Below are positions 26,728 to 39,080 of a DNA stretch of 64,000 bases, in pieces. Source of the stretch: Lama glama. Its lineage: Eukaryota. The notes under the pieces are model-generated. The model searched no databases, had not been told where the DNA came from, and saw only the letters and a list, made by a program, of their open reading frames with translations. Each line of letters opens with the position of its first letter. Position 1 is the first letter of the stretch. Where the stretch lies: NCBI GenBank assembly GCA_028534125.1, contig JAPYYK010000086.1, forward strand, positions 3,038,001 to 3,102,000, written 5' to 3'. The translations under genes were made by a program, and so were the position numbers.

Positions 26728-27818
26728 CCTGGGGGCCGGTGGCACCCAGAGCCCTGGGTGCTGCTGTTTCCCTCACCCAAGCCTGGGGTGTGCTCCTGGG
26801 AACAGGAGTGGGGTCTCTGCAAAGTCACTCAGTGCCCCCTCGAGTGCAGCCGATCCTGGGCTCGCCAGTCCCCCAGCCGCAGTTACATAAGCTGTTACGT
26901 AAACTCAGAGAGGACTTTCCATCCCAGGCTGAGAACTCACTCCTGACCTGGGAGATCAAAGCACTGGCTGGCTGCTAACTTTATTTAAAGGAGCACATAA
27001 AGGGACTTGAGCCCGGCCTCGAGTGCACCCGGATCGCCAGGCGGCAGGGAAGTTTTAGTGCCCTCATTTAGGTCTGTCAGTTAAGGTTTATTTGCGTGGG
27101 AAAAAGTCCAAACAGAGCTCGGTCCTCAGCTCGGTTCACCGTCTCTGATAGCTCCTATCTCACGGTTCGCAGCCCTGACTCCCTGCCTGGAAGTCACTGG
27201 CAATTGTGAACAACACCCCGAAGAAATTAAACAGGATTGTGTTTTCTTTAAAAAAAAAAAAAACCCTAAAACATCGGCACCCCCGAAACACTCTTCTGCT
27301 GCCCAGACTATCGGCAGCAAGAAGAGATGTGAATTCTTGAGTCCTGGACAAAGACACGGCAAACAGAGCCGCGAGTGGGCAGTGAGAGGAGGTGGCACTG
27401 CACTCAGGCGGGTCACCGCGGGCACCGGGCTAAGGGCGCCGTGGGATCCTCCTGGCCAGTCTACGCAGCAGCCCTCTGGACTGGGTGACGTTATCACCGC
27501 CCGCGGCTCAGGGAGTTCCCGTGCGTGCCAGGGTGACCCAGAAAAGGGGCGGAGCGAGGGATGTGCGTGCCAGTCACGGGCTCCCAGACCTGGTCCCTGC
27601 TGCCCCCCGGGAGGGAAACGGGCGAGCCAGGCTTCCAGGTGCGGCCATGCCGAAGGCAGAGGACACTTATTCAACGCAGGCCTGACTTCTCTACCCTAGT
27701 CAGAGGCCTCAATCTGATGTTCTCTTTACACTTCGGATTGTCGGCATTGTTAAGGAAGCTCAAGGAAGCCGACCGCCTGCGCTTGGTGCCGCGGCCAGGG
27801 GCCCGCCACCCGGCTCAC

Positions 27819-27914
27819 CAGCTCCTTCGGCCGCATGTTGTAGAGTATCCGCTCGGCGTTTTCGCTGTCGTGCCTGCTCTCCATGATGGCCAGGAGCAGC
27901 TTCGAAGCGTTGTT
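27819..27914 (-). CDS. ITPR1: ITPR1 coding exon: [32 protein letters not shown]
   Basis: 96 nt; acceptor aatcag, donor GTGAGC; phase 0-0. Confidence 0.97.
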
Positions 27915-28285
27915 CTGATTGGAGACACAAAGGGAGGGGGAAATGGAGAGGCGCTGCTGGGGGCGGCTGCCCTGAGTCACCGGCCCTGCTCACCGAGGGC
28001 TGCATCCCGGCTAAACAGACAGAAGGTCTGCCCCACAGGAGGGTCATGGGTGTCCCAAACCAGCCTCACCCTACAGAGACCGTGCCACTTAGACCCCCAA
28101 GATCTTTCCGCAGAATCTGATCCAAGAGGGTCAAAGAGGCACCTATTTGGGCATAGCTGCTCCATAATGTTACTTGGTACGCGTCCTGGTGGAAACTGGA
28201 CATTGAAACGTGGGTGCTTACGGGTCTGCTGTGGCCCTCATGACGACAGTGGTCAGGAAGCACCTGCTGTTTAGACCCATGACGC

Positions 28286-28299
28286 CCTCCAGGGGGCAG
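28286..28299 (+). promoter_or_regulatory. CTCF-like motif CCTCCAGGGGGCAG
   Basis: Close match to CTCF core; motif only. Confidence 0.4.
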
Positions 28300-30144
28300 A
28301 GGTGGGTGATTACAAACACCGTTATTCAGTCTTGCAGGCCAGAGAAGGCAGGCAATGAGGCTAACTCCCCCCTGTCTTGAAATACTGCTATTAGCTCTCC
28401 TAACCCCTCATATTATTATGAGAATACAGCCGACACCAGTTAACAAAAGTGATCCAAGGGAGGACGGTGTCCTTGCCAAACCATACTTTCTCATTACTTT
28501 CAAAGTTGTCATGGGCCCACACCCTGCACGTCTTGGCTTGAGATCACTTTAGGCCCCAGACCTATGGCCATCTGCATGCTTCTTTGTGTCTGAGACTCCA
28601 CACTTACTCTTTTGGGTGAGAAGGGTATTTTTCCTCCTCAAGCACAGATCACAGCAGTTCAGTTGTGTGGCTGTGCTATCAAATGGTGGCTTTTCACAAG
28701 GCAGAAATTTCTATAATAACCTACTGGATTAGGTGAAAAAGCCACTGAAATGCTGACCAGGAGTGCAAGAAATTCTCAGTTTCTTTCAGGCTCTCAGCAC
28801 AGACAGTCTGATAAATGGGAGCCAGGGACAGGAGCTTGAATGATCTTTGGGTTGCTTCTACAACATGATTTGTTAAAAGAGGAGTTAAAAATAGCAACAA
28901 AAAAATTAAAAATTAAAAAATTCCATTTAAACTATGCGCCCCAACCAACTATGAGTTTGGACTCTCAGTTTGACACACAAAAATCAAAACAGAAACAAAT
29001 GTGCTGTTCCTGTGGGTTTCCGTGGTATCACCTTCCCTAATGACCTTCCTTTCCTACAACATCAGAGATGCCATAAATACAGATCGACTTTTTGGCTGAA
29101 CCCTGTAGTTCCAGGCTCTTCCACAACAGGGATAAAGGGCTCAGTGCTGCGTCTGGGCTAAGATGCAGGGCAGATCTCATCGTGCCCCAACATGTGAACA
29201 GCGAGGAAGGAAATGCGCTCAGGGAAGCTCACACGTTTCAAAATACACTTTAGGCACCAGGATGGGCTCCCAGTTCAATTCTCAGAATTGAATCTGTGGA
29301 CCCTTAGAGAATCTTTGGAACCCCTCAGTAAGAGGGAGGGTCTTTTGTTTGTTTATTTTTATTTTTTAAATCATTTATTTTGGTATGCTCGAGAAGTCAA
29401 CATTGGGGGTGGTGTACCAGCTTCTCAAATAGCCAAGAGGCCGGACTGTAAACCCAGCAGCTTAAGCACCTTGAAGTCACTGCTTTCACCCCATAAAACT
29501 ATTTTGGTACTCGAGAGAGTCAGCAGGTCGACGGTGTTTCTACATTAGTCATCTGTCATCCACTGATTGTACACGATGCAAAGAAACTCATCAGAGGCCT
29601 GGAGGCACGATACTGGCTAGTGTAACCTTCCCTATTTTAACCCAACATTTAGGAACCTCCCTTCTGCTAAATCAACAACAGAACAGAAAAAAGATCTTCC
29701 CTGATAATGTACAAATAGAATTTTTTTTGGTCCTAGATAGGTTTACTGCTACTATTCTTCAACCCGGCCCTTTTTCCTCAATGGGAGTAAAGTCAGAGAC
29801 CACAGAGGGAGTGGAGTTCCCACTGTTTCTCTGGCTGTGGCTTTCAGAATCAAGGCTCTGAGTTCTTGGATTGCTGTTCAGACGCGCGTCTGAAGTTTGA
29901 GTGATGAGCTCTCATTCCTGTGACCTGAGACTGAAGAGCTGGTAGCCTGTCCTAAGGGTGGGAAGGGAAACACCGAAGTTCTGCATTTTAGTCAGAACTT
30001 GCTATGTGTCTCATTCATTTAGTTTCAAAGAACAGTCTTTTATATTTAGTTGCACAACACTGACCGTGTCACGTGTGGCGGCAACACACAAAAGCGACTC
30101 CTTCCGAAGGCTACTACTGTCTTTTGCTTTCAGTTCCTACTTGC

Positions 30145-30255
30145 CTTCAGTTCCAGCACAAGGTCCATCCTCTTCTTCCCCAGAGGGTTGATGTCATTAA
30201 GGATCAGGGCTGTGATGATGTCAATGCCATTGGATTCATGGGTGGCTATGCAGTT
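30145..30255 (-). CDS. ITPR1: ITPR1 coding exon: [37 protein letters not shown] (GC donor)
   Basis: 111 nt; acceptor tctcag; the frame-preserving donor is AAG|GCAAGT; not in the supplied ORF track, read manually. Confidence 0.95.
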
Positions 30256-30336
30256 CTGAGAAAAGAGACACACGGACACTGGTCATAAATCAGACGTCAA
30301 AGGCCAGCATGCTGAGCTGCTATTTCAACACGAGGC

Positions 30337-30508
30337 NNNNNNNNNNNNNNNNNNNNNNNNNNNNNNNNNNNNNNNNNNNNNNNNNNNNNNNNNNNNNNNN
30401 NNNNNNNNNNNNNNNNNNNNNNNNNNNNNNNNNNNNNNNNNNNNNNNNNNNNNNNNNNNNNNNNNNNNNNNNNNNNNNNNNNNNNNNNNNNNNNNNNNNN
30501 NNNNNNNN
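30337..30508. other. Assembly gap (172 N)
   Basis: Run of N. Confidence 0.99.
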
Positions 30509-31698
30509 GCTTTTGTTCTTAAGGGAAAACACAGTGTGTGACTGATTCTGGGTTCTGAGTGCCTTTTCCCCTTTAAAGGTGTGTTCCATTCTCTCTACAT
30601 CACTTGGTTTTCGTATTGCATACTCTGGCTTAAAGCTCAAGCTTGGAAAGCAAGTTTCCTGTTTAATTCACACGATATCAGAACCAATCACCTTCCCCCA
30701 GGTAAGATCCCCATGTGCAGCAGAAGCCACTCCAGCCTGCTCCTTTCCACAGACCTCTGCCTTGAGGTTATAAGGAAACTCGCTTAGATGTCAGATAAAG
30801 CCTTTCCCCACAAACCTGTTGTCAATTTTTTTTGTTCCTTTTTACTTTAACTCAGACTACGCCATCTATCTCGCCTGGAAACCAGGAGAGGAAAAGTGGA
30901 TCTAACAAAATGCTAGTGTCATACTCGTGGGCAACTAAGGTCAGGTTGTTAATACACAGCGAGTTGTCCCTCTCGTAAGCCGTTCTCCTCTTGGCGAAGG
31001 TTTTGGCCTTGCTTCCCAAGAAACAAAGCCTACCACACCTTCCCTGGCCAGAGTTTACAATGGGCCGTGTAAGCACTGGCCTGCCCTCTCCAGCCAGGAT
31101 GTAACCATAATGTGAGTGAAAAATCATACTCATTCTAGCATCTGTGCAAAAACTCACAAAGTCTTGAAGACGTCATGGATAAGCAATGACTCTACTCAAG
31201 AAACCACTGGGTTCTGCTCCAAAAATATACTTCTTGAGAGGCCTAAGTCAAGACTGACGGGCTGTTTTCTTCTCTCAATGTCTGTGGTGCCAAAGCCTCA
31301 GCCCTACCTCTCCTCAGATTATTTTCAAGCTGTCCCGCGTGTAGTGAGGTTTTTCTCTCTAGCTAAGTTGAAACCTCCTTCCATGAAGTAGCCACTTCCC
31401 AGAATTTAAAAACAGAGCCCAGACTTCAGGTCTTATGAGCTCCAACTTTAGTGTGTATCCCTAGTTCAGTTAGAGCTGGACCATTCAAACCAACAAAGCT
31501 GGGCACGGACACCCAGGGATGCCCATGATTAGGTCACATCTGAAGCTTCATAAAACCCGAGAACTCCCTCCTCACTGCTGCAGAAGGGCCCCCGGTTCAA
31601 CTGAGTCCTTAGGTCGACAGGCAGATGCTAAGCAACGGTCAACAACGTTTCAATATGACAAACCTTTGTTCCCCCACCCCAAATAAACATGGAATTAC

Positions 31699-31899
31699 CT
31701 GGTTCTCATGGCAAGGTCCTTGGCAGTACTCGGTCAGACTTTCCAGGGTTTGGTTGATGAGGGCCACGTTCTTCTCGTTTATGTAGAGCCCCAGAAGCCC
31801 AAGGCCCCCGGTTGTGCTTCCACAAATGCAGTCCAGAAACTGCAGCGTCTCACACACCAAATTGTAGTTGGTCTTGTTATTTTGGCAACGAAGGAAGTT
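31699..31899 (-). CDS. ITPR1: ITPR1 coding exon: [67 protein letters not shown]
   Basis: 201 nt; acceptor ctgcag, donor GTAATT; phase 0-0; GGLGLLG ATP-binding motif and EYCQGPC motif. Confidence 0.98.
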
Positions 31900-32699
31900 C
31901 TGCAGTTGGGCAGGTCCCAGGGTCGGGGAGCAGAGGCGGGAGAAGGGGGAAAAGGTCATTTATTCTGCCATTTAGACAATGCATCGCTGAACAGAAGGGT
32001 CAGCCCCCACGATGGTCACCCGGGGACGCGGTCTACAGCAATGGCCACCAACGCTGCGGCTTGTTCTCCAAGGTGCTTTTATCTGGGATGCAGTGGAGGA
32101 GAGCTCCTCTTTGACAACCCACATTAGACTCCCATAAACTTTTAAAATTCTCATTTCACTCTTTCCCACTCCAGACCACCTCTGCATCTACCACATGTTA
32201 AGTTCAGGGTCTGTTGACATTTCCCAGGGCAGTGGTTACATTTAAGAGACGATGGTGCGGTCTGGCCGCTGAACACCCAGATCCTCAGGTCCTCGTACTG
32301 AGGATGGTTCATCACAAAATAAAGGGCTGCAGGCTGGCCTGAGCCTACTGCCATGGCAGGAACCTGGATTATCTTGTGAGGCCATTTCCATTATTAAAGG
32401 AAGAAATAAATGTGGGTAAGCGTATGTATGCTTGTCTGTGTGCCCAAGGAGGTACTTGGGTGATTTTGTAATGTTAACAAGAGACCAAAGAGCAGGAACT
32501 TCCTCAATAAAATAAAGCAAGTCACATTCAACCACCTCATAACGCAGAGTCTGTTGTGATGAAGACGAGATATTTGGTCACAGACTCCTTAAAAAAGCAA
32601 AAATAAACTACAAATACTCTTCTGTGTATAGTCATAAAAGTTACACATGTTTACTACAGAAAATTGGTACTATAAAAAAGAGGTAATCAGAAGATAAAA

Positions 32700-33165
32700 C
32701 AGTGTAACTTTTGACCTGGTAATTCCACTTCTATGAAACAGTGACTTTTACTCACAAGCTGTGTGTTAGATGTTCACTACCACACTGTGCCTGAGAGTGA
32801 AGAACTGAAGACAACCTAAGTGCCCATCGGCTGGGGAGTAAACAAATTACAGTGTACCAACATTGGTTAATATTACAAATTGGAAACACTGAAGCAGGTC
32901 CAAATGTGCCAATGTGGAAAGATCTCTGGGATATACTGTTAAGTTAAAAAATCAAAAAGGCAAATAGTAGGTCAGTATGTATCCAATGCTTCCATCCAAA
33001 TATATGGAACAAGGACAGGAAGGGTACTGTCCAAACCAATGACAGTTTTCTCTGGGTGAGAAGTAGGGATGGGGAGAGAGACAGTTTTCTATACTAAATA
33101 CTTATTTTCATTTAAACCTTCACAGAAAAACAGTATATCCATGCATTCCTTGGATAATTAAAACC
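32700..33165 (+). mobile_element. Old L1ME fragment
   Basis: tttgacctggtaattccacttcta...acaacctaagtgcccatc...tggaaagatctc. Confidence 0.6.
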
Positions 33166-33607
33166 TTTATAAATGCACACATTAAGAGCTGGTAATCCAA
33201 TTTAATGCTTGACTCAACATCCAACTAACCATCCCCCAGCACTACTCCCACCCCAAGTTAACCTCAGTCCCTTATGGTCAAGCCTTCCGAACTAGTCTAA
33301 AAACTGAACAATCATTCAGGTCTGGGTGGGAGGTAGGGGGACAGGTGATTTGGGACCAAGTGTGCTTTCCTAAGGTGACCACTTTTCTAAGGGCCACAGG
33401 AAGCCAGAGGAGAGTTCCACAGCATTTCCGGCTCCAGCCGCTCAGCAAAGATGCTACCTGACCGGGGACCTGGTGGAGCCCCTCACCTTGCAGCCGCGGG
33501 GTGGAGGAGTACTCAGGAAGAGGCAGGAGAGGGCCTGGCTGTCCAAAGCTCAAATTCGAAGCATGGCTCTCTCCATTTGCCTCTCCAACTCCTGTGTCAC
33601 CATTCTC

Positions 33608-33733
33608 ACCATGTCCTCTCTGCCCAGTGACGTCATCTCTCCCATCATGCCCCCCTCTGCTCAGTGACATCATCGCTCCCATCATGCCTCTCTCTACTCA
33701 GTGACGTCATCTCTCCCATCATGCCCCTCTCTG
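33608..33733. repeat. 37-bp minisatellite, about 3.3 copies, carrying CRE sites
   Basis: Unit near catgcccctctctgctcagtgacgtcatctctcccat; TGACRTCA at 33628, 33665, 33702 (exact 37-bp period). Confidence 0.92.
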
Positions 33734-36700
33734 TCTGGGAGGAACAAACTTCTCCCTGCTCTTTAAGCACCTTTCATTCTCTCATCTCAAGGGCTTCCGC
33801 CCCACTACTCCTTCTGCCTGTCACTCTCTCCCTGTCTCCACCCTGATTACTTACTCTTCCTTCAGGATGGGGTCTCAGTCACTTCTTTCAGGAAGCCCTC
33901 CCTGCTCCTCCATCCTGATTCCAGTGAGATGGGAGCACCACACCCCCTCTCGCAGCCCGCCTCACCCTTAGTGCTGCACTTAGGGATGTCTGCCTACTCT
34001 GCCCATTGCCGTGCTGACAGCACAGGTGACCGGCAGCCAGCACGGGGACTGGCTCAGGCCAGGTGCTTCATACACACTGGCTGAAATGTCTGAACTAAAC
34101 CAAACGAATGGAGGAAGGGGGACTTGGGAAGCCATCAAGGCTGATATGTTTCAAACGCCCCAGGAAGGATCGTGGCTGCCGTGTCGTGAAAGTCTCTCCC
34201 ATTTCTCACAGGTTTTGCAGAGTATCTAGCTAGAATCTCTCCTTCCTGAGTAAGATCCATTTTCTTTTGTCCACGACAAACAGAGGCACGCCACTGGCTA
34301 AAGGGCCAAAGGAACTCCTTCTGTGCTCAAGGCATAGAGTTCACCCTGAGCACACACCGCCCAGCCCAGCTTGTCCAGGCTAGAGAAATCCAGTTCTTCC
34401 TGTGGTCTTCCTTGGAGGCCTGGTGATCAAGTCAAGATGAGCCGATTAAGGAAATCAAAGACTTCAAGTCTGCACTCATACAGACTTCAGTGGAGAGAGA
34501 TCAGGACCCGCATTCCTTAACCAAGGTGAAAGGCAAGACAGCCTCCCAGGTGATGGTTCAAAAGCACATGGAAAATGGTTCAAGAACAGTCCTTCCCATC
34601 ACATTTCTCACTGCTGCGAACAAAGCTCACTAAAGGTAACAACTGCCTGTGGGGCCAAATCAAACGTGGTGCTTTATCTCTACTGAGCACTCACCAACAG
34701 GAAAGCTAAGGTTGTAAATATGACAAGAAACTTTGGGCAACTTCAAAAGGCTGAATTCCTGCTCTCTCTGACCTTATCCACACACTTCCTTATTCCAGGG
34801 AGCCGATAATTCTCTCCTGGTGAGAAAGTCTTCTCCCTCAGATCTGCAAGGAAACCCTGACCCAGAGATCCACCATCTGTTCCACAAAACTGCCAACCAC
34901 GCAGAGTTCATAGTAGTTGAGTCTCACTTAAAACCAGCATCTTGAGATCCAGATTCCTACCAACATCATCTTCTCAGAGCAATTTTATTACTACTTCAGT
35001 GTGTCTGATTTAGTGGGTATCTTTAAAGATGCAAGCGACCTTCACTGTTGTGAACCGCTGTCCAGATCACTGGTTTTCCAACTGGGAGACCCTGCACAAC
35101 CCTGGAGGACCCCTGGAATGCCCCACCTCCCAGGGTTCTTGCAGGTGAGGGAGGAAAGGAAAGTTCTACTCAGTAGTTTCTACTCTGAACAAAGCAACCC
35201 TCGTCTGCTTTATGTAGTACACTTCTGCCCCAGATGTTCAAACGATTCTGCAGCTCCAAACAAAAAAGTTTAAAGCCACTGGCTTTATGGTACCTTCAAA
35301 GGTTAAGCTGCCAAGTTTTTAAAAAAAATCTGTTACAATATACGGTACACGCCCTCTTCCCCCAATACCATGGTTTTCCACAGAGTGGTGTATTGGAGAA
35401 TAGAGTTTTAGAAGGATCCATTAAAAGGTGCGTCTGCCCACAGGGTTCTTAGGGAATTAATTCAAAGCAGAGTTCTGCAAAGAGCTAAGGTACCAGGAAA
35501 AGATGGTGAAGACTTCCAATAAGTGGTGAACTCGTACACTCTGCTTGCACAGCGGACACTGGGTGCACAGTGAAGGAGGGAGGTCAAGGGGGCTGACGGA
35601 AGGCAGAACAGGTCTGTGACCCCAGAAACAGGCTCAGGAAACAAGCCCATCAGGACCACCCCTCTGACATTCACGGATGGACTCTACTCAAGGTAGCCTT
35701 GAGTTTTGTTAGTTCAGAACTCAGCAGCCATCAGCCTCTCTGAGAAGCCTTCCTGGATCTGGCACGTTGTGTGGGTTCTCCTGCTTGGAACCCAAAAGAG
35801 CCCGAAGATGCCACCGCTGCAGCACTGACCCGCTGCACTGCCGTCACCCACTTGCCAGGTGGCTCCTACCTAGACGCTCAGCTCTGTGAGGGGAGAGGTA
35901 GAGTCTCCATCAGCCCCAGTGCCGGGCACAGAGCAGGTGCTCACCGAGATGATGACATGAACATACACAGGCATCATCTCAATCCTCTTCTCCTTTGGAG
36001 CCCCAGGTTGGTAGAGACCAGTGACATCAGCACAGGGGACCAATACAGGCCACTGACCTCTAAAGTCAGCCTAGAAACCGCCTCTGCAGCAGGGTGGGGG
36101 CCCCACCCACAAAGATGCCACAATCGAGCTGCAGCCTTTGTTTTCCTGCTGGTGGGACAGCCTGGCTTCCCACGTTGTCACACTCCCTTGGTCTGTCTCC
36201 TTGGTGATTAATGGTATAGACAGAAAAAGTGGAAGGGACACAGTCAGCCATCAGACAGAGAAATAGCAGCCAATGAGATAGTCACCAAATCCCGGACCTC
36301 TGGGTTGTGAGGGCTCCGTTCTACCTGATGGAGCTGGACAGTCCAGGCCAATGTGCTCCACGTCCCAGGTAGGAATGTTTGAGCAACAGGCAAGAAAAGC
36401 CTGACAGCCAAGACTGCACACTGCAGCGTGCACAGGGATCAAGCCAGGAACGTCAACGGAGGAAGGGAGCGGGCGGCAAAGCGGAGAAAGAGCCCGGGCC
36501 CCAGCCTGGCCAGGAGAGGGGCTCACAGACACCTCTTCATTTTGAAGGGTGGGCCAGATTTAGCTAGTGGAAGACCTTGGATCTGGAAGCTTTTTCAAAG
36601 TCCAGGCTCTTAGACCAATTTGACTGAAAATAAAAATCAGCACAGAAGGTATCATACTGCAGAATTCACCCACTTCTGGTTCATTGTTCTGTCTTCCTGT

Positions 36701-37842
36701 TTAAACAACATAATTTCTTACTCAACTTATCCAGAGATTCTGTGGTAGGTTTTCAGTGCGAGTGACGTATGGTGGCGGCACTGAATGGTCTGGCCACAGC
36801 TACATGTGAAAGGCCATCAGATCACCTGGTGCATAAAGTCAGCAGTGCAAATACTTCAAGGCTGCACCTTCCCCTTGCTATGTTTGGACTAGAATTATTT
36901 TCTTTTCAAACTGTCATTATTCAAATAAGCAAAACGACCATCACCAACTTATTTTAGGAGAGAACATTCTACCTTAGAGGAGTTTAGACACACTTTTCTT
37001 GTTCATCCTCATCCCTTTTAAGCAGAGAGGGGTGTTTTCTTCATCAGTCAGCAGCAAAACCAGGTCATGGCCAAGGACCCGGTGCCCTAGCGCGCCTCTC
37101 CTGGGCAGGGACGGCCCCGCAGATCTATGCCCACTCAGAACCAATGGTATCTCTGGAGCCAGCACAAACTCTACCATCAGAACGCCTGGGTTCCAGGCCC
37201 AGCTCTACATTCCCTTCCTGGTCCTGTGCATCTCGGTTTCTTCATCCATGACAAGTGTAATCATACAGGCAACACTCAGCATCCAGGATATTCTAGGTGC
37301 TCAGTAAACCTTGGCCACTGTCATCATCCAACAACAAAAAAGCAAAAAAAGAATTTCTGGAATAACCAGCTAAGTATCTTTGAATATTTATTTGTGTAAC
37401 ATGAGAAAGTCACTTCATTCAGTCAACAAATGCTTGATTAGAATTTTCTGAGTTTCTATGAACTACCAGATTTTGTAGGTCTAGTATATTTCATCATCCA
37501 CCCATCCATCCAAGTTTTACCTGTGCATCTGTATGTCCAGCAGTGGCAGGCTACCACATACACACATGCAAGAGTGCGCATGTGCGCGCACACACACACA
37601 CAGAACAAATATATATGGAGCAGGTGGTACCTACACTAGTGAGCAAGAGACACAGTCTTGGCCCCAGTTCCCATGGAGATGATGGGGAAGACAGACACAG
37701 AAACACTTCTGTTGCCCAGATAACGAGAATCATCCTGGGTCCTCAACTCAGAGAAACCAGCTGAAGGGTATGGAGCTGAGACGTCAGAGGAAGTGGTGGC
37801 AGCTGGGAGGAGCTGCGGCCCTGCCAGCCCCTCGGCCCTCAC

Positions 37843-38096
37843 CTGTAGGTCCCGGTTGTGGTTCTCGCATAGGAGCTGCAGGAAGCGGAGGATGGGCTGC
37901 ATGATGGTGATGACTGCACTCATCTCCAGGTCGTCCTTGGTCTTGTCTGCTGTAGCCTGGGCGCCCTCCCCGGACTGGTAGTGGTCGTCGGGGTCGGCCT
38001 CCCTCCTGAAGGTGGTGAAGGCTTTCCTGGTGGCAGCAGAGGCCTCCAGGAGCTGATCCCGGACCTCTTCTGTTATTTGTGTCGCAGGCTCTTTGG
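37843..38096 (-). CDS. ITPR1: ITPR1 coding exon: (A)[37 protein letters not shown]...[18 protein letters not shown]
   Basis: 254 nt; acceptor ttccag, donor GTGAGG; phase 1 to 0; [12 protein letters not shown] motif of IP3R/RyR RIH-associated domain. Confidence 0.97.
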
Positions 38097-38607
38097 CTGG
38101 AATGCAAACATAGGATGGTCAACGCTGCTGCACCCCCAGGAGCCTTAGTCAGCACACCAAGATGACGTTCAGAACCTAAGTTCTGGTATTCACCAGACAG
38201 CCTCTCCAAGTTAGCAAAATACTCAAAGAAGTCACCATCTTCCCTCCGTCCTCAGGATTAAAACTGGGTCCAGCCCTGCCAAAACACGCTCGTGGCTCTT
38301 AACATTTCACCTATGCTTGCCCTGTGGTTTAGAGGAAAAGGAGTGCAGATTGTGTCAACCTCACAGATCTATGACTCTGGGCCTCAGCCTCCTTATCTCT
38401 AAAATGGGGAGAGCATCAGTGACGTCCACCTCCAGAATGTTCCCGAGAGGGTCAACATAATGCCAAGCGAATTGTAATTGTTACTGTAGCGACAATTGAT
38501 GGATCCCTTTTCTAAGTGCCAAGGCACCGTGATTAAGCACTTTCTGTGTATCATCTTACCGAATCCTTGGAGTAACTCTGTAAGGTAACTGGGCATGAGG
38601 GGCAGGA

Positions 38608-38838
38608 GCATGAGACTCTGTAGCCAGACCTCCTGGTTTCAAACCCTGGCTCTAGTGCCTACTAGCTGCACACCCTAAACAAGTTCACTACCACCCCTGT
38701 GCCTCAGTTTCCTCATCTATAAAATGGGCATAACAGTTTCATCTATTTTGCAGGGATGACTTGTTCTAAATGAAGCAGCACATGTAAAGGACTTTGGACA
38801 GTGCCTGGTTCAGAGAAGGAACTCAGTAAATGCCAGCT
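38608..38838 (+). mobile_element. MIR SINE, near full length
   Basis: gactctgtagccagacctcctggtttcaaaccctggctct...tgcctcagtttcctcatctataaaatggg...acagtgcctgg...ctcagtaaatg. Confidence 0.85.
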
Positions 38839-38874
38839 GTTCTTCTTTTACTTCTCTTTATTCCCATTCTAGAC

Positions 38875-39080
38875 CAGTGGTTATAAACGAGTGATGATTT
38901 TGACCCCATCTCTACCCAGGGGATGACAGGCAACATCTGGTTTATTTTAAGTAGGGGGCGGGCTGCTGGCACCAGCTGGGTGGAGCCCACACATGCCGCT
39001 GAAGAGCCTGCAATGCACAGGACAGCCCTGACAGCACGGCCCTCTTCAGATGTCAGGTGTGCTGTGGCTGAGAAGCCCAG
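38875..39080 (+). mobile_element. MER20 hAT-Charlie DNA transposon
   Basis: cagtggtt start, gctgctggcaccagctgggtggag, cctgcaatgcacaggacagccc, gctgagaagccc end; flanks ttctagac / ctctaaac resemble an 8-bp TSD. Confidence 0.8.

Noticed and set aside
25053-28274. Long plus-strand ORFs (25053-25640, 27561-28274; also 10732-11391, 31708-32127)
   Set aside because: They overlap ITPR1 exons in antisense or GC-rich intron and resemble no protein family; shadow ORFs
33608-33733. 37-bp repeat as a CRISPR-like array
   Set aside because: Units are head-to-tail with no unique spacers, the context is mammalian and there are no cas genes
37572-37602. TGCGCATGTGC as an NRF1 site
   Set aside because: Imperfect and embedded in a degenerate CA/CG microsatellite
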